64,000 nucleotides of DNA from Somniosus microcephalus (taxonomy: Eukaryota): positions 58,838,001 to 58,902,000 of the forward strand of contig CM126223.1 in NCBI GenBank assembly GCA_052327205.1, in the 5' to 3' direction. The notes beneath the pieces are model-generated. The model was not told the DNA's origin. It did no database searches and worked only from the letters and a program-made list of their open reading frames with translations. This document shows, one piece after another, positions 1-11,555 of the stretch (position 1 is the stretch's first letter; the number at the start of each line of letters is the position of its first letter). The position numbers and the translations under genes were made by a program.

Positions 1-3000
1 AGGTTGCTTGTGATTCACACTTATTTGGATTATTTTCACTGGAGCATCATGTGACGGATTGGCTGGGTGCAAGGAGTGCAGAAAGCCAAGTGCAGAGCAT
101 GGGAACAGCTGGAACAATGTAGGAAAATTCTTTTAATACTAGATGTAAATGACTGGCAAATAGCTGTGGTGGTTGCCCTGTAGCGAATACAGCACCGATG
201 TGGACTTGACCTTGTTAGGATAGACCTTCTCACACTGTTATATAGTCCACCCTCTGGGTTACTTGTGCTAAGCTGCAAACAAGATGCCACATTCAAGACA
301 AGATCTTTTAATATGGAATCTGTTCTCCAAGCATTCTTCGGTCCTTGCTGGTGGATGATACTATCCAGTACGAAGGGCATATACTCTACTCTTAATTCAA
401 AGTTGCTTGATCTGAATGATCTGATTCAATTTTTTAGCAATTTTGTAAGTTATTTACATAATTCATTCAAATGATTGGATCATTTAGTTTTTGGTGCAAA
501 ACTAACTGAATTATCAGCAATAGACTGTACTTCCACTTTGGGGTAGGGCATGAATGTTGTCCAAAATGCATTGCAGTAAATGTTTGTTGGCGGGTGGGGT
601 CAACACATTATTCCATTGTCATGCGCCATTATAATTTATCGTAACTAATTCCTTGATGAGTAAAAGCAGTGATTGTTACTGTGGTGAAGGCAGTACAGAC
701 TTCGTGGCCAATGAAATAAATGTTTTGCTTGCACAGTATAGTTAATAACGCTGTGGAGTCGCCTGCATTTTCATGAACAATTTGTCAAGTTCATGAAGAT
801 GCTAGCAACCCCACAGCATTATCATTCACAATTCTTGGAATATTAGTTAATTTTATAACAGCTTCTATTAATGATCTCCTTTTCACCGGCGAGCTTACTG
901 TGTACATTCTGGTATTCCAATTTTCCTTGGTATTAAAAGCAGGTTTGAGTGGGAACGGATCTAGCACGGTCTAGTCCTTTCCATTTGACCCCAACCCAAA
1001 ATTTGTAGAACTGCCCGGAGAAGCCAAAGTGCAAATATTGGTATAGGCTGTGTTTGCACTCCGGTCTAAGTTAATACTTTACTGTTGCTGCTATTGGATG
1101 CCCTAGAGTTTGTTTACATGTAAGCGTTTGGGTGGTCTCCTAGATATCCCTCGAACTGGGCGCTGCACATCAGAAGCTTATTGAAAGTATGTACTGCTGT
1201 ATCTTATGAGTTTTTATTTTTATTATGGGAGGAGGAAAGTATTGGTGAGTGGAATGCTCATTTTGGATACATATGCTAACCCCTAATGCCTGAGATTGAT
1301 TTTGTTCAGATGTAATACTCTATATGGGAAGCGAAGCAGGAAAGAAAATTGGATGGTGCGGTGTTCTGCCAGCGCTGGGTGAGAGTATGGCTGCAAGGTT
1401 ACCAGCTAAAATGAGGGTGGCAATTCCAAACAATTTGTAGTGGTTAAAGGTCTACACTACAATATTGCCTACTATTCAGAACAATTGAAAGATTTAGGCC
1501 ACAAGAACGATTGGTGTGAGAAGTTAAAAATTGGTACACTAGTACAGAAAGGGTCCTCTGTCATGGTTAGATTTGAGGTGTGGTATCTGCTTTGCATCTG
1601 ACCATATTGTGCCGAACATTATTAGAACTGGGTGTTTTCCTTACCTGAGCACTGACTTCCCTTCCATTGGGCTATATTTTCCTCCATTCAGTGTGAATAT
1701 AAAAGACTTTTCCATTTAGTTTATGCTAACAGCAAACAGGCAACTCCTTTAAAACAATTCTACTGTATCTTAGATATGTGTTCTCTTCTGACATTTTTGC
1801 CATAGGAGTATTAGTTCTTGCTCATCAGGTTTATTTTTTTTAAATGAGATGAAGAGCACTGAACTGAATTTCCTATTTGTTCTGAGCTTGAAGTGTTCAC
1901 AGCTAGTCAGTTCACTCTAATTGTATTTTCAACAAATTTAATGAACAATAGGTTGTCTAGTTGTGTGAAATGTAGCTGTATTAATCTGTAAGAAGCTCTT
2001 ATGTACTGTATTGGGTGAAGAAATTATACATTTTTTCCTTCCAGTATTCTGTGAAATATTCAAAAAAACGCGGTTCCTTTTTTCAAATTCGCCTCCTCTT
2101 TCAGTACTGCAGAAAAAGCAGCGGTTTCACTTAATTTCTTCATCCCAGTGGGAGTTTTGTTACCCGCCACTGAGTAACGGCTGCTGAAAAGCCTTGTTTG
2201 TGAATGTGAAATGCAGTAATTAAAAAGCAATTACTGACGTTGCTGTGCTTTTGCAGACATTTGAAGGTTGGAGCGTGATGGTAATGAGGATTTAGATTTG
2301 TGCTGTTTTGGGAGATGATGTAATGCCACCAGGAGCAACATACTTCCTCTTAGTCACGCTGCATGATGACAATAGCTGCTCTTGTTTTATGGGCCTGCAA
2401 TCGTCTGTTGCAAGTAGTTGGCTGCCATTTCTTAAAGCCATTGCAGACTATTTTATTCTGGCAGACTAAAGACTGAATACTATGGAATGCATGTTTGTGC
2501 ATAAAGAATGAGGGCTCGTAACCTGTGCTGAAATTACAATTCACCAAGAAGCCTCAAGTTTTCTTCGTCTTCGGACTTTTTAATTCAATGCACCATTATT
2601 GTTCCATACTTTACAGAATAATTGTTAATTTGGAGATGTTCATAATTCTTTTGCTGTAAGTTTAAGCTTCTGATTTTTAAATCTCTAACTGGGTATTTTC
2701 ATATGCTGTTGCAGCGCAATGAGCAGTGGAGTGATCTGTCTATAGTCACGCTGTGAAAGGAAGCGGAGAGGGAAAAAGTTCAACAGATGAGGTGTTTCCT
2801 CAAGGGAAAAGTAAATTTGTGCCCAAGTAACTATGGACGCACAACGTAGCAGTCAGAGGCCCTCTGCGATAGCTACCAAATATAGGAAAGGGGATGGTCT
2901 AAATAAAACTATAGAAAGTTACTAAAATATGGGTCAGGATAATGAGGAACTAGCACAAAATACCTGTCTGTAAATATGTCCTTAAAATGCAAGCTATCCA

Positions 3001-3395
3001 ATCTGTGCAGATTAGTGTCTCTTGCTGGGACTTTGAATTGTGCCAGATGCTACTTAAACTTCAGTAGAGGGCTTGCCTCAACTTCTGTTAGATTTAAAAT
3101 AAAATCAGTATCAGACCTATTTATAAGCACAGTTCAGAGTGCTCAGTACAGTGATCACTGCAAGAACTTCTGATTTTTTTTTTTTGTGTCCTCAATTAGT
3201 TAACCACGCACCACTTTTCCTGACTTTACTGTGACGTTGAGATGTTTCCAGGTATCTTGAGCTAGCTACACAAAATGGGCTGGAATGATGAGCACCAGTT
3301 TATTTTTCAAATCTGTGCTGGGAAATGTCTGGCCTCTGTATAATGTTGGTTTAATGATTCCGCTTGCATCAGGAAGCTTTTCTATGATACTGTAT

Positions 3396-3520
3396 AAGAA
3401 CATAAGAATTAGGAGCAAGCCATATGGCCCCTCGAGCCATTATTCAATAAGATCATGGCTGATCTTCGACCTCAACTCCACTTTCCTGCCTGATCTCCAT
3501 ATCCCTTCATTGCCCTAGAG
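3396..3520 (-). mobile_element. CR1/HER1-type LINE 3' tail fragment
   Basis: aagaacataagaattaggagc...gatcatggctgatc; same tail type as the copy at 21660. Confidence 0.75.
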
Positions 3521-3914
3521 TATGTTTTTTTTTAACCACTTAATTTATGACTTGTGTACTGGAATAAAGAGTATCTCAACAAGTGGGTGTGACCAGTTAA
3601 TTACCTGACTGCATAATTGTTTTCAAATATAAATCTTTGCACTTCAATTTAACCCAGAAAAGGGAAAGAGGTGCCAACTGTTGCACTTGGGATATTTCCC
3701 ATATATTGATGGTATGCTGTTCATTAGTACAATGTATTTTACCTTCTAAAATTAATACTGAGATATTCAAGTAACGTCAATCAGTTTTGCATTTTCAGTG
3801 CTGTTTTTGATCACAATTTATCCCAGAATGAGTGTTTCTTATGGGGTTTTTAATGGTACTTTCATCTTTGTCACCTTTTTTCCCTTGCGTATTTGCATCT
3901 TTTTCATTGTGGTA

Positions 3915-4228
3915 CAGGAAACTTTCTGGTATCCGGCACGGACGGGACCGACCTGGTGCCGGTTCATCAATTCCAGATAACCGAACGCTATAGTAAAACA
4001 TACGGAGCTCAGAGCTCCGTATAAAGCAACAAACCCTGTTGAACTTCAGAACAATCGGCACAAGTTGCAAGTGTCTCTGTAGCTTAGCAACAGCTGCAAC
4101 CACACCCTTGCACAGCAACAAATGGAGTTTAAAAAAAAGTAATAAAAGTCATCTGAACCGACTCCTGAATTTTGCCGGTGGATAGAACGTTCCGGTTATT
4201 TAGGGGTCAGTTAATCGAAAGTTTCCTG
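3915..4228. mobile_element. Tigger/pogo-like MITE (Tc1-mariner superfamily), copy A
   Basis: TA|CAGGAAACTTTC...GAAAGTTTCCTG|TA: perfect 12-bp TIR, TA target duplication, repeated subterminal CCGG motifs. Confidence 0.85.
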
Positions 4229-5392
4229 TATTTGGCTTCCCACTATGTCTACAAACTAAATGTGAAGTTCATCTATCTTCAGATACCCTAGTATTTACAT
4301 TTCCAAGCAGTTAAATTGAAAAGTCTTAAATAGAACTCAGCCTGTCTCCTACAAAATGTAAGATCTTTCTCCGTCCAATGTGTCTGCAGAGGCATTGCTG
4401 AGTAGTTTCACAGATTGCTGTGGATTTTAAGCTTGGCAAAAGACTAGCATTGGGTGATGTAATTTCAATAAGAAAAAGGGAGGGGTATGGAAAAATGGGA
4501 GTGTAACCTGATTGGCTCATGTTGGGCTTACTGAGACAGATGCTTTCACTTGAGGCAGACACTGGCTCACAGTTCAGTAAGATTACCATTTGTTGTACTT
4601 GTTCTGTGGTTTTCTGATTTTTAAATTGAGATTGACAGAGACTACTGGTGTTTTACACAAGTAAAGGTTCCTATCCTCAACAACACAAACTTTCACTTGG
4701 AATCAAAAGACAGATCATGCTAACATACTGTTCTCTTCTCTTCCACTCCACTGTGTTTCCCCCCCACCGCACAACATAACCCACAAAATATGCTCAGCAG
4801 CTTGTAAAAGATTCCTCTTCGCATTCGTTGCTCAAGATTGGCCAACTATAATTAGATATGATAGAGTAAATCGGAGTGGATGAGTTCAGCCTCATGTGGT
4901 TGTATACAAGTATTGTGGTAAATTGCTGCTTTAAGTAGCCAGTGAAGACTGTTTTGCCGTTCAACTGACATGTAATTTTGTATCGATTTTCCCCGATGAT
5001 GCCAACTTTTGCACATCCTCCAGCCAGAAAGGCAGAGTGTGCTTTTAGGAATCACATTGCAAGATGGGTGAGCGTTAAAGTGTTTTCTCCTTTGCAAGAC
5101 GACATGCCTTCTCTGTGCTATCCAGTGACTCCGTTCATTGTTTCCTGTTGTCAGCCAATCCTGCTATCCATTGAGCTAGGGTTTTCCATTGACCATCCAC
5201 CAGTGTGCATTAACATCACTTATTGTAAAATATTTGAAATACATATTTGGCTAACTTGAAACCTTATCCAAATACAGGTTTGAAAATTATTTCAATTGCT
5301 GATTAATGCCTAAACATCTTTTATAATAGCCAAATACCATAATGGTCATATTTTTAAATGAGAATTAAATTTACTGTCATTTTTGGAACAAT

Positions 5393-6169
5393 GGCCCAGA
5401 ACTTGGTGTCGGGGGCTTGCCGCGTGTGCAAGCCCCCGATCTGCACTCACCCTGCGCGCTGACATCTGAAGCCCGGGCCTGCTTGCATTTCCTGTGACAG
5501 GCCCGGTTCAGATGTTAGCGCGCAGTGCTTACCTGACCCAGCGGCGTAGTTAGTGCGATGTGCCGGCTGGGATCAGGTGAGCACTGTACAAACAATCAGG
5601 GGAGGGGAAGGTTCATTCATGAGTTTGAGAGTAAAGACTGTCAAACTCATGAAAACTACGGGGGCCCAAAACACTATTTAAACTTGAAATAAAAATTTGA
5701 AAAACACCCCAATCATTAAATTAAGTATAAATAAGTTTTTTTTTTAAATAATTTAAACAATTTTTTTTTTTTTTGAAAAAAATAAATTTTTAATAAAAAG
5801 GGTCTAAAACTAAACTTACCTTATTGTAGATTCTTTAAAATAATAAACCTGTGGAATTTTTTTTTCTAAATTACACTAAAACACCACTTACCTGTAAAAA
5901 AAAAAAAAAAAATACTTACGTGTGTTTTTTTACAAGCGTAAAGACCGGAGGCCTTTACACATGCGCAAATCCCCCAAAACAGAGGAAATCCAAGACGCAC
6001 GCGCTGCCCCCTACAGCGCACGTGCTAGCCTCTTCACCTCTTGGGTTAAAGGAGAGGAAATGCCGGTTTTCAGCGCATGCGCTGTGCATGCTGAAAACCG
6101 GCATTTCCTCCGGCCAGACGCGTGAGTACCCCTTCCGTACTCACGCGTTTGGGGAGGAATTTCTGCCCC
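5393..6169. mobile_element. Multi-hairpin non-autonomous DNA element (PIF/Harbinger-like), copy 1
   Basis: aat|GGCCCAGAACTT...AATTTCTGCCCC|agt imperfect TIR; CpG-rich hairpin arms around an A/T-tract core; homologous in reverse orientation to 29756-30469. Confidence 0.7.
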
Positions 6170-7479
6170 AGTGTCTTGGCTTATGTAGAAAATGGTTTCT
6201 TAAATGTAAAGTCCTTTTTTAGATAAGGCTACTTTAATTCTGCTCCTATTTTTACCATTTTGCTTAAAGCCATAATCTACCAGCACTGTAAACCTTCCCT
6301 GAGTTAGTATTTAGAACATTAAAATATCCTTTTAAAATATAATTTCTTCATCCCTTTGTGAAGATTTGCACAGACCACTCGCCAACTGTGTACATGGACA
6401 ACTTGCTCATAAGCCTCTGCCAGTTCTGCTCTAGATGGGTACAGGCAAATCTATGAGCGCACCTGGGTGATGATTTGTGTTCAGATTTTCCCCTAGTGGA
6501 GAGCATTAAAATTTAACCTAATAGTTGTGGTTTGATCCATAAATAAAGAGACAGAATCTCAAAAAAAAAAATTGGGTAGTTTACTGAATATAATTCAATT
6601 TTTCAATCCCAAACTGTGGGTCAAGTATCTCTCAGATTTGTAGTAATGCAAGAGCTTTTTTGCAAAATAGATTAAACTATCGTTTCAATTTCTGTATTTC
6701 CAAGACACACAATTTAGGCAACATTTCAAACATAAGTGAAAGTATCAACTCAAATGTTGAAAGAAACTCTTGCCGATGGTGCTCTGGGTTTAATGTTTAT
6801 ATCTCATGTTGATTCTTTTCCCTGGGACTGTGGCTTCTGGCTAAAGCTCGACTTATATTCAGTCTTCACAAATTTCACGTCTTGTTTTGAACTAGCTTGC
6901 AGGCCTGCTGCATCTTGTGAATTCTGATGACATGGAAGCAAATCTCATGGTCCATGATGAGAGGTCTGGGAAAATGTGCTTTTAGGTGCGGGGTGGGGTT
7001 TGTTTATGTATCCGTTGTAAGCCCCATCATGCTAGAAATCTGAAGCACTTTCATTTGTAAATGATGGTTTAAAGTGGTCTTGATTTGCAGCAAAAACTTT
7101 TCAGAAGGTTTAGCCTGAGCTACATAGAGAACTTTGATTTTTGCCTACAGCGAATCACTAATGTGTGAATCTCGTATTGTTTTTAAGTAAAAGGCTGCAT
7201 GTATCTCAATGTAATACCTAGTTGGTGAAATTAATTTGGGAACTTGTCTGTTTGGCTCAGGATAATAGTCGCTCCTGCAGATTACAGATAGACCAGCGTT
7301 TAAATTTAACATTGGGGTGTTCTGTGTTGCCTTTCAATAATTTTTTTGTTTTAGGTAAATATTTTTCTCTCCATGTAATTTCATCCTTGCAAAATGATCG
7401 TGAGTTTGTACCAAGTGAAATCACTACTCTGCTAATTTTGGATCAACTCTAGGGCTGTTAACATATAAGTATATATACA

Positions 7480-7785
7480 AATCACAGAATCACAGAATCT
7501 ACAGTGCAGATAGAGGCCATTTCGGCCCATCGAGCCTGCACCGACACACATCCCACCCCATCCCCGCAACCCCACGTATTTAATCCCCTAACACTAAGGG
7601 TCAATTTATCACAGCCAAATCAACCTAACCTGCACATCTTTGGACTGTGGGAGGAAACCGGAGCACCCGGAGGAAACCCACGCAGACATAGGGAGAATGT
7701 GCAAACTCCACACAGACAGTCGCCCGAGGCCAGATTTGAACCCGGGTCCCTGGCGCTGTGAGGCAACAGTGCTAACCACTATGAC
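7480..7785 (-). mobile_element. HE1-type tRNA-derived V-SINE
   Basis: Minus-strand A/B box-like head (agtggttagcactgttgcctcacagcgccagggacccgggttcaaat), V-domain (tggagtttgcacattctccc..tgcgtgggtttcctccgggtgctccggtttcctcccaca), CR1-derived tail with (attctgtg)n. Confidence 0.9.
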
Positions 7786-8071
7786 AATACCTGTAGTCTG
7801 TTTTTGTTTCCTCCCTGCCGATTTTAAATGTAGGTCACAAGGAATCGTCAGCATTTAGCATTTCAATGCAGTAAGATTCATTACCCATATTCAGCACACA
7901 AGTTTTCAATATGTCACAAAGCAGCGGTGAGGAGGAAGAATCGCAAAAAATCTGGAATAATGCTCCCTGGTCAGTCTTTTGAATAGAATTGACTGAGATG
8001 GGAGCAAGAACCTTTCTGCCTTTTGGCTGTTGAACGGTGCCAGAAGTCCCAACAGGAGGGTGTGGTGGGGG

Positions 8072-8191
8072 GGGAATTTGCAGGGCTATGGGGAAAAAGC
8101 AAGGGAGTGGGATTAATTGAATAGCTCTTTCAAAGAGCCGGCACAGGAACAATGGGCTGAATTGCTACCTTCTGTGCTGTAAGATTCTATG
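8072..8191 (+). mobile_element. CR1 LINE 3' tail fragment
   Basis: cagggctatggggaaaaagc...gagccggcac...tctgtgctgtaagattctatg; matches the tail at 10495-10610. Confidence 0.75.
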
Positions 8192-8435
8192 GAAAACATG
8201 ACCCAAAACCCGAAGGTCAAAATAACTTGATGAATGCAGCATTTATGTTTCCTCTTTTGAAACCAGGAGATTATTTCCAAAAATATTGAGAACACATTAA
8301 AGTCCAGCAGTGTTGTGGCTTAATTTTTTTTCCTTTCCCTACTCGCTCAAGATGCTGACTCTTGCTGGGGTACATTTTTATCTGAGGGCCCAGAAGTGAG
8401 CTAGAATAGACTGTTAAACCATGGCAGACCAGTAC

Positions 8436-8536
8436 ACAAGCAAAACAGAAAATGTTGAAAATACTCATCAGGTCAGGCAGCATCTGTGGAGAGAGAAACA
8501 GAATTAACGTTTCAGGTCGATGACCCTTCGTCAGCT
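8436..8536 (-). mobile_element. Penelope-like element terminal fragment with hammerhead core
   Basis: Homologous to 13590-13690; minus strand reads CTGACGA-A-GGGTC-ATC-GACCT-GAAA-CGTT. Confidence 0.75.
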
Positions 8537-9042
8537 CAGTACAGTTGACCCTGATTCTGTTCTCGCCTGACAGCTGCCTCTTCCATCCCCCAACCATAGC
8601 TGAGAGCAACTAACAGCACAAACCAAGAATCACACCTGGTTTTTATGGCTTAGTCCTGCATCAGGCAGTGCCTTTACCTGCTGTCGAATCGAGGCAGCTT
8701 AAAAAATCACATTTTTACATAGAAGCAGCAACATTACAACACGATTGCTTTTTGAAGTAAGTATACTGATGCAAGTACCATGTTTTTTGTTTACGGACCA
8801 CACAGCTTTCCACCACAAATGTTGAACAGAAATTGTTCATTTAGAGTTTAACCAAAAGATGCGAGTGTGTGTATATATTTTATATTTTGTGTAATGCACA
8901 ATAAAGGGAGAGGGAGTGAGGTGTATCGTTAACCTTGTTTTAGTGTTGCAAAAATGAATTTGCAGTCTGTGTATGAAAACAGTCAGTTTTTTTTTAAATC
9001 AATAAACTATAAAATATATATACACATCATTTGGATAAACTC

Positions 9043-9243
9043 TAAGTTAAAAAGGCTTACGGGATCCTGGGTTTCATGAATAGAGGTATAGAGTACAAAA
9101 GTGTAGAAATTATAATGAACCTGTATAAAACACTGGTTTAGCCCCAACTGGAGCACTGTGTCCAATTCTGGGCACCACACTTCAGGAAGGATGTGAAGAC
9201 CTTGGAGAAGGTGCAAAAAAGATTTACGAGAATGATTCCAGGA
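9043..9243 (+). mobile_element. CR1 LINE ORF2 C-terminal fragment (copy A of a local duplication)
   Basis: Degenerate KAYGILGF.NRGIEYKS...LYKTLV.PQLEHCVQFWAPHFRKDV. Confidence 0.85.
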
Positions 9244-10024
9244 ACCACGCCCGAAGCACAGATGCAATTTTGCGTCAATTGGCCTTGTTAAGCCCGCATT
9301 GCGGGCTTGCCAGCCAATTAAGAGAAAGTCAGTGTCAGATGACATTAGTTGATGACGCATTATCTGCTGGTTTTCTTAAAGGGGACACGCTCATTTTTGT
9401 TTGACATGATTTTTCAGTGTTTGACAGCATTGAGGTGCTGCAAACACTGCCAGTCACTGTACAAAGGTGAGCCCTTGCACCCAGGCTCTCCAGTGACACA
9501 CTGCTTAGGATAAAACAGATGGCAGCTGCAGGTGAGGTTACAGAAGCGATCTGTCACTGGTGAGAGAGGTTCTCCCAATGAGCTGGGACTACACAAACAC
9601 TTCAAACCTTGTCACCTACAGAAAAGTCTAAATACATTAAAAATTATTTTCCCAGCATTTCCTTTCCTCTGAAACTCACACCACTTCTGCAGCTGTCATC
9701 AAAGAAGAAACATTACAGTAGACTCACAACATGCCACACTTGCCTGGCATGGTGTCCGGACGTCGGAAAGTCTGCAGTGGACCTGGCAAAATTGGAAAAA
9801 GCTTCTTAACTGCCTGTTAACTACCTGTTAACAAGCAGTTAAGTGGCTATAATCCTCTTCCCGCCGCTAGGAGTCGGATCTCTGCGCAAATCGGGGACCC
9901 AACTCCCGGGAAGATTGATTGGAGGCGGGTTGGATGTGCGTTCGGGGCCCGCTGCCAATCTTTTTGATTTTGCCAGCAGTCCCGCCTCCCAACCCGCCCC
10001 CTGAGCGCCGGCAAAATCAAGCCC
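9244..10024. mobile_element. Left-truncated hairpin-rich DNA element ending GCAAAATCAAGCCC
   Basis: Internal stems (aagcccgca/tgcgggctt; ttaactgcctgttaac/gttaacaagcagttaa; TTGATTTTGCC/GGCAAAATCAA); sharp junction with CR1 at 10025. Confidence 0.6.
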
Positions 10025-10610
10025 AGAGAGTACAAAAGTGTGAAAATTATGATGAACCTGTATAAAACACTGGTTCGGCCCCAACTGGAGTACTGTGTCC
10101 AATTCTGGGCATCACACTCTCTAGGAAGGATGTGAAGGCCTTGGAGAATGATTCCAGGAATGGGGGACTTCAGTTACGTTGATAGACAGGAGAAGCTGGG
10201 GTTGTTCTCCTTAGAGCAGAGAAGATTGAGAGGAGATTTGATAGAGGTGTTCAAAATCATGAGGGGTCTGGACAGCGTAGATAGAGAGAAACTGTTCCCA
10301 TTGGCGGAAGGGTCGAGAACCAGAGGACACAGATTTAAGCTGATTGGCAGAAGAACCAAAGGTGACGTGAGGAAAAACTTTTTTATGCAGCGAGTGGTTA
10401 GGATCTGGAATGCACTGCCTGAAAGGGTGGTGGAGGCAGACTCAATCTTATCTTTCAAAAGGGAGTTGGATAAGTATCTGAAGGAAAAAAAATTTGCAGG
10501 GCTACGGGGAAAGGGCGGGGGAGTGGGACTGGCTGAAATACTCTTGCAGAGAGCCGGCACGGGCTCGACGGGCCGAATGGCCTCCTTCTGTGCTGTAACC
10601 ATTCTATGAT
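10025..10610 (+). mobile_element. CR1 LINE 3' portion with tail
   Basis: ORF 10148..10609 LGLFSLEQRRLRGDLIEVFKIM...RTRGHRFKL...FFMQRVVRIWNALP. Confidence 0.92.
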
Positions 10611-11259
10611 AAAGGCATCTACTTACTCTTACTATTTTGAACCAGACAACTCATAGGACACCCAGGCTGCACAAGTAGCAATACCCTATCACAATTGACC
10701 TTAATTTGACCTCTGTTACAATCTACTGATTTCATTTTGTTGAGTTTAAAATACTTAGCTCAGATCATTTAATGGGAAAATATCACGTCCTTTGTACCAT
10801 TCTGTAAAACTGAGCATTGACTTGCTTTGGGTGCCAGAGTTGTAATTGTAAGCACTCTATGCATATTAACTGCCTTGTTGATGTGGGGTGATGCCACACT
10901 CATTGCTGGAGGAAAACTGCAGTGTTCAGTGGAATTGGTATCTGACTGCAAATGTGGTTTGCATTGGAAAGCAAAGTGGAAGAACACAGCATCCTCTGCA
11001 CTACTGGCGAACTTTAATCATCTGCAAGCCCTATGAGAAAGAAATTGGGAAATGCTGACAGGACAGTTGAGTGGCTTATTTTGTTCAGACCTTGAGACAA
11101 CATTGAAGAGTATTATAAATATATACAGTTGTGGGATTTGTGAACAATTTTACAAAATTGCCTATCAAAAGAACAGTGTTGTTCTGCACCAAAAAGAGGG
11201 TAGGGGAAATATCAACCTGTACAGACTAGGAAGTGTTGAGGAATAGATCTCCATAAGTG

Positions 11260-11555
11260 TTATTCGGAGCCTCTACCAGTGTTCTCGTTTCCCTTAGGTT
11301 AGATGAGAGAAAATTGGCATGGGCTTCTACTTCTGATTACTGTCCAGCGACTCCGCCAATGAAACTTGAATGCATGAACATCTGGTGGACATCATTGAGC
11401 TCCGTTGTGATGCTCCTTCTGCAGTTGTGTATCTTGCAATGTTCACTGTTGAGGCTCACACATAAATGGTCATTTGGCTGAGATACCAGAAGGCGGTCCG
11501 GCCCCGTGAAACTACCTCAGCAAGGAGTCTTTGCCCTTGGGAGAGGAAAAACATT
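11260..11555 (+). repeat. Old dispersed SINE-like repeat (unnamed)
   Basis: Shares ggctcacacataaatggtcatttgg...cagcaaggagtc...ggagagga with reverse copies at about 32190, 33830 and 50140. Confidence 0.5.

Noticed and set aside
7700-7785. tRNA-like sequence on the minus strand
   Set aside because: It is the head of an HE1-type SINE, continuous with the V-domain and the LINE-derived tail.
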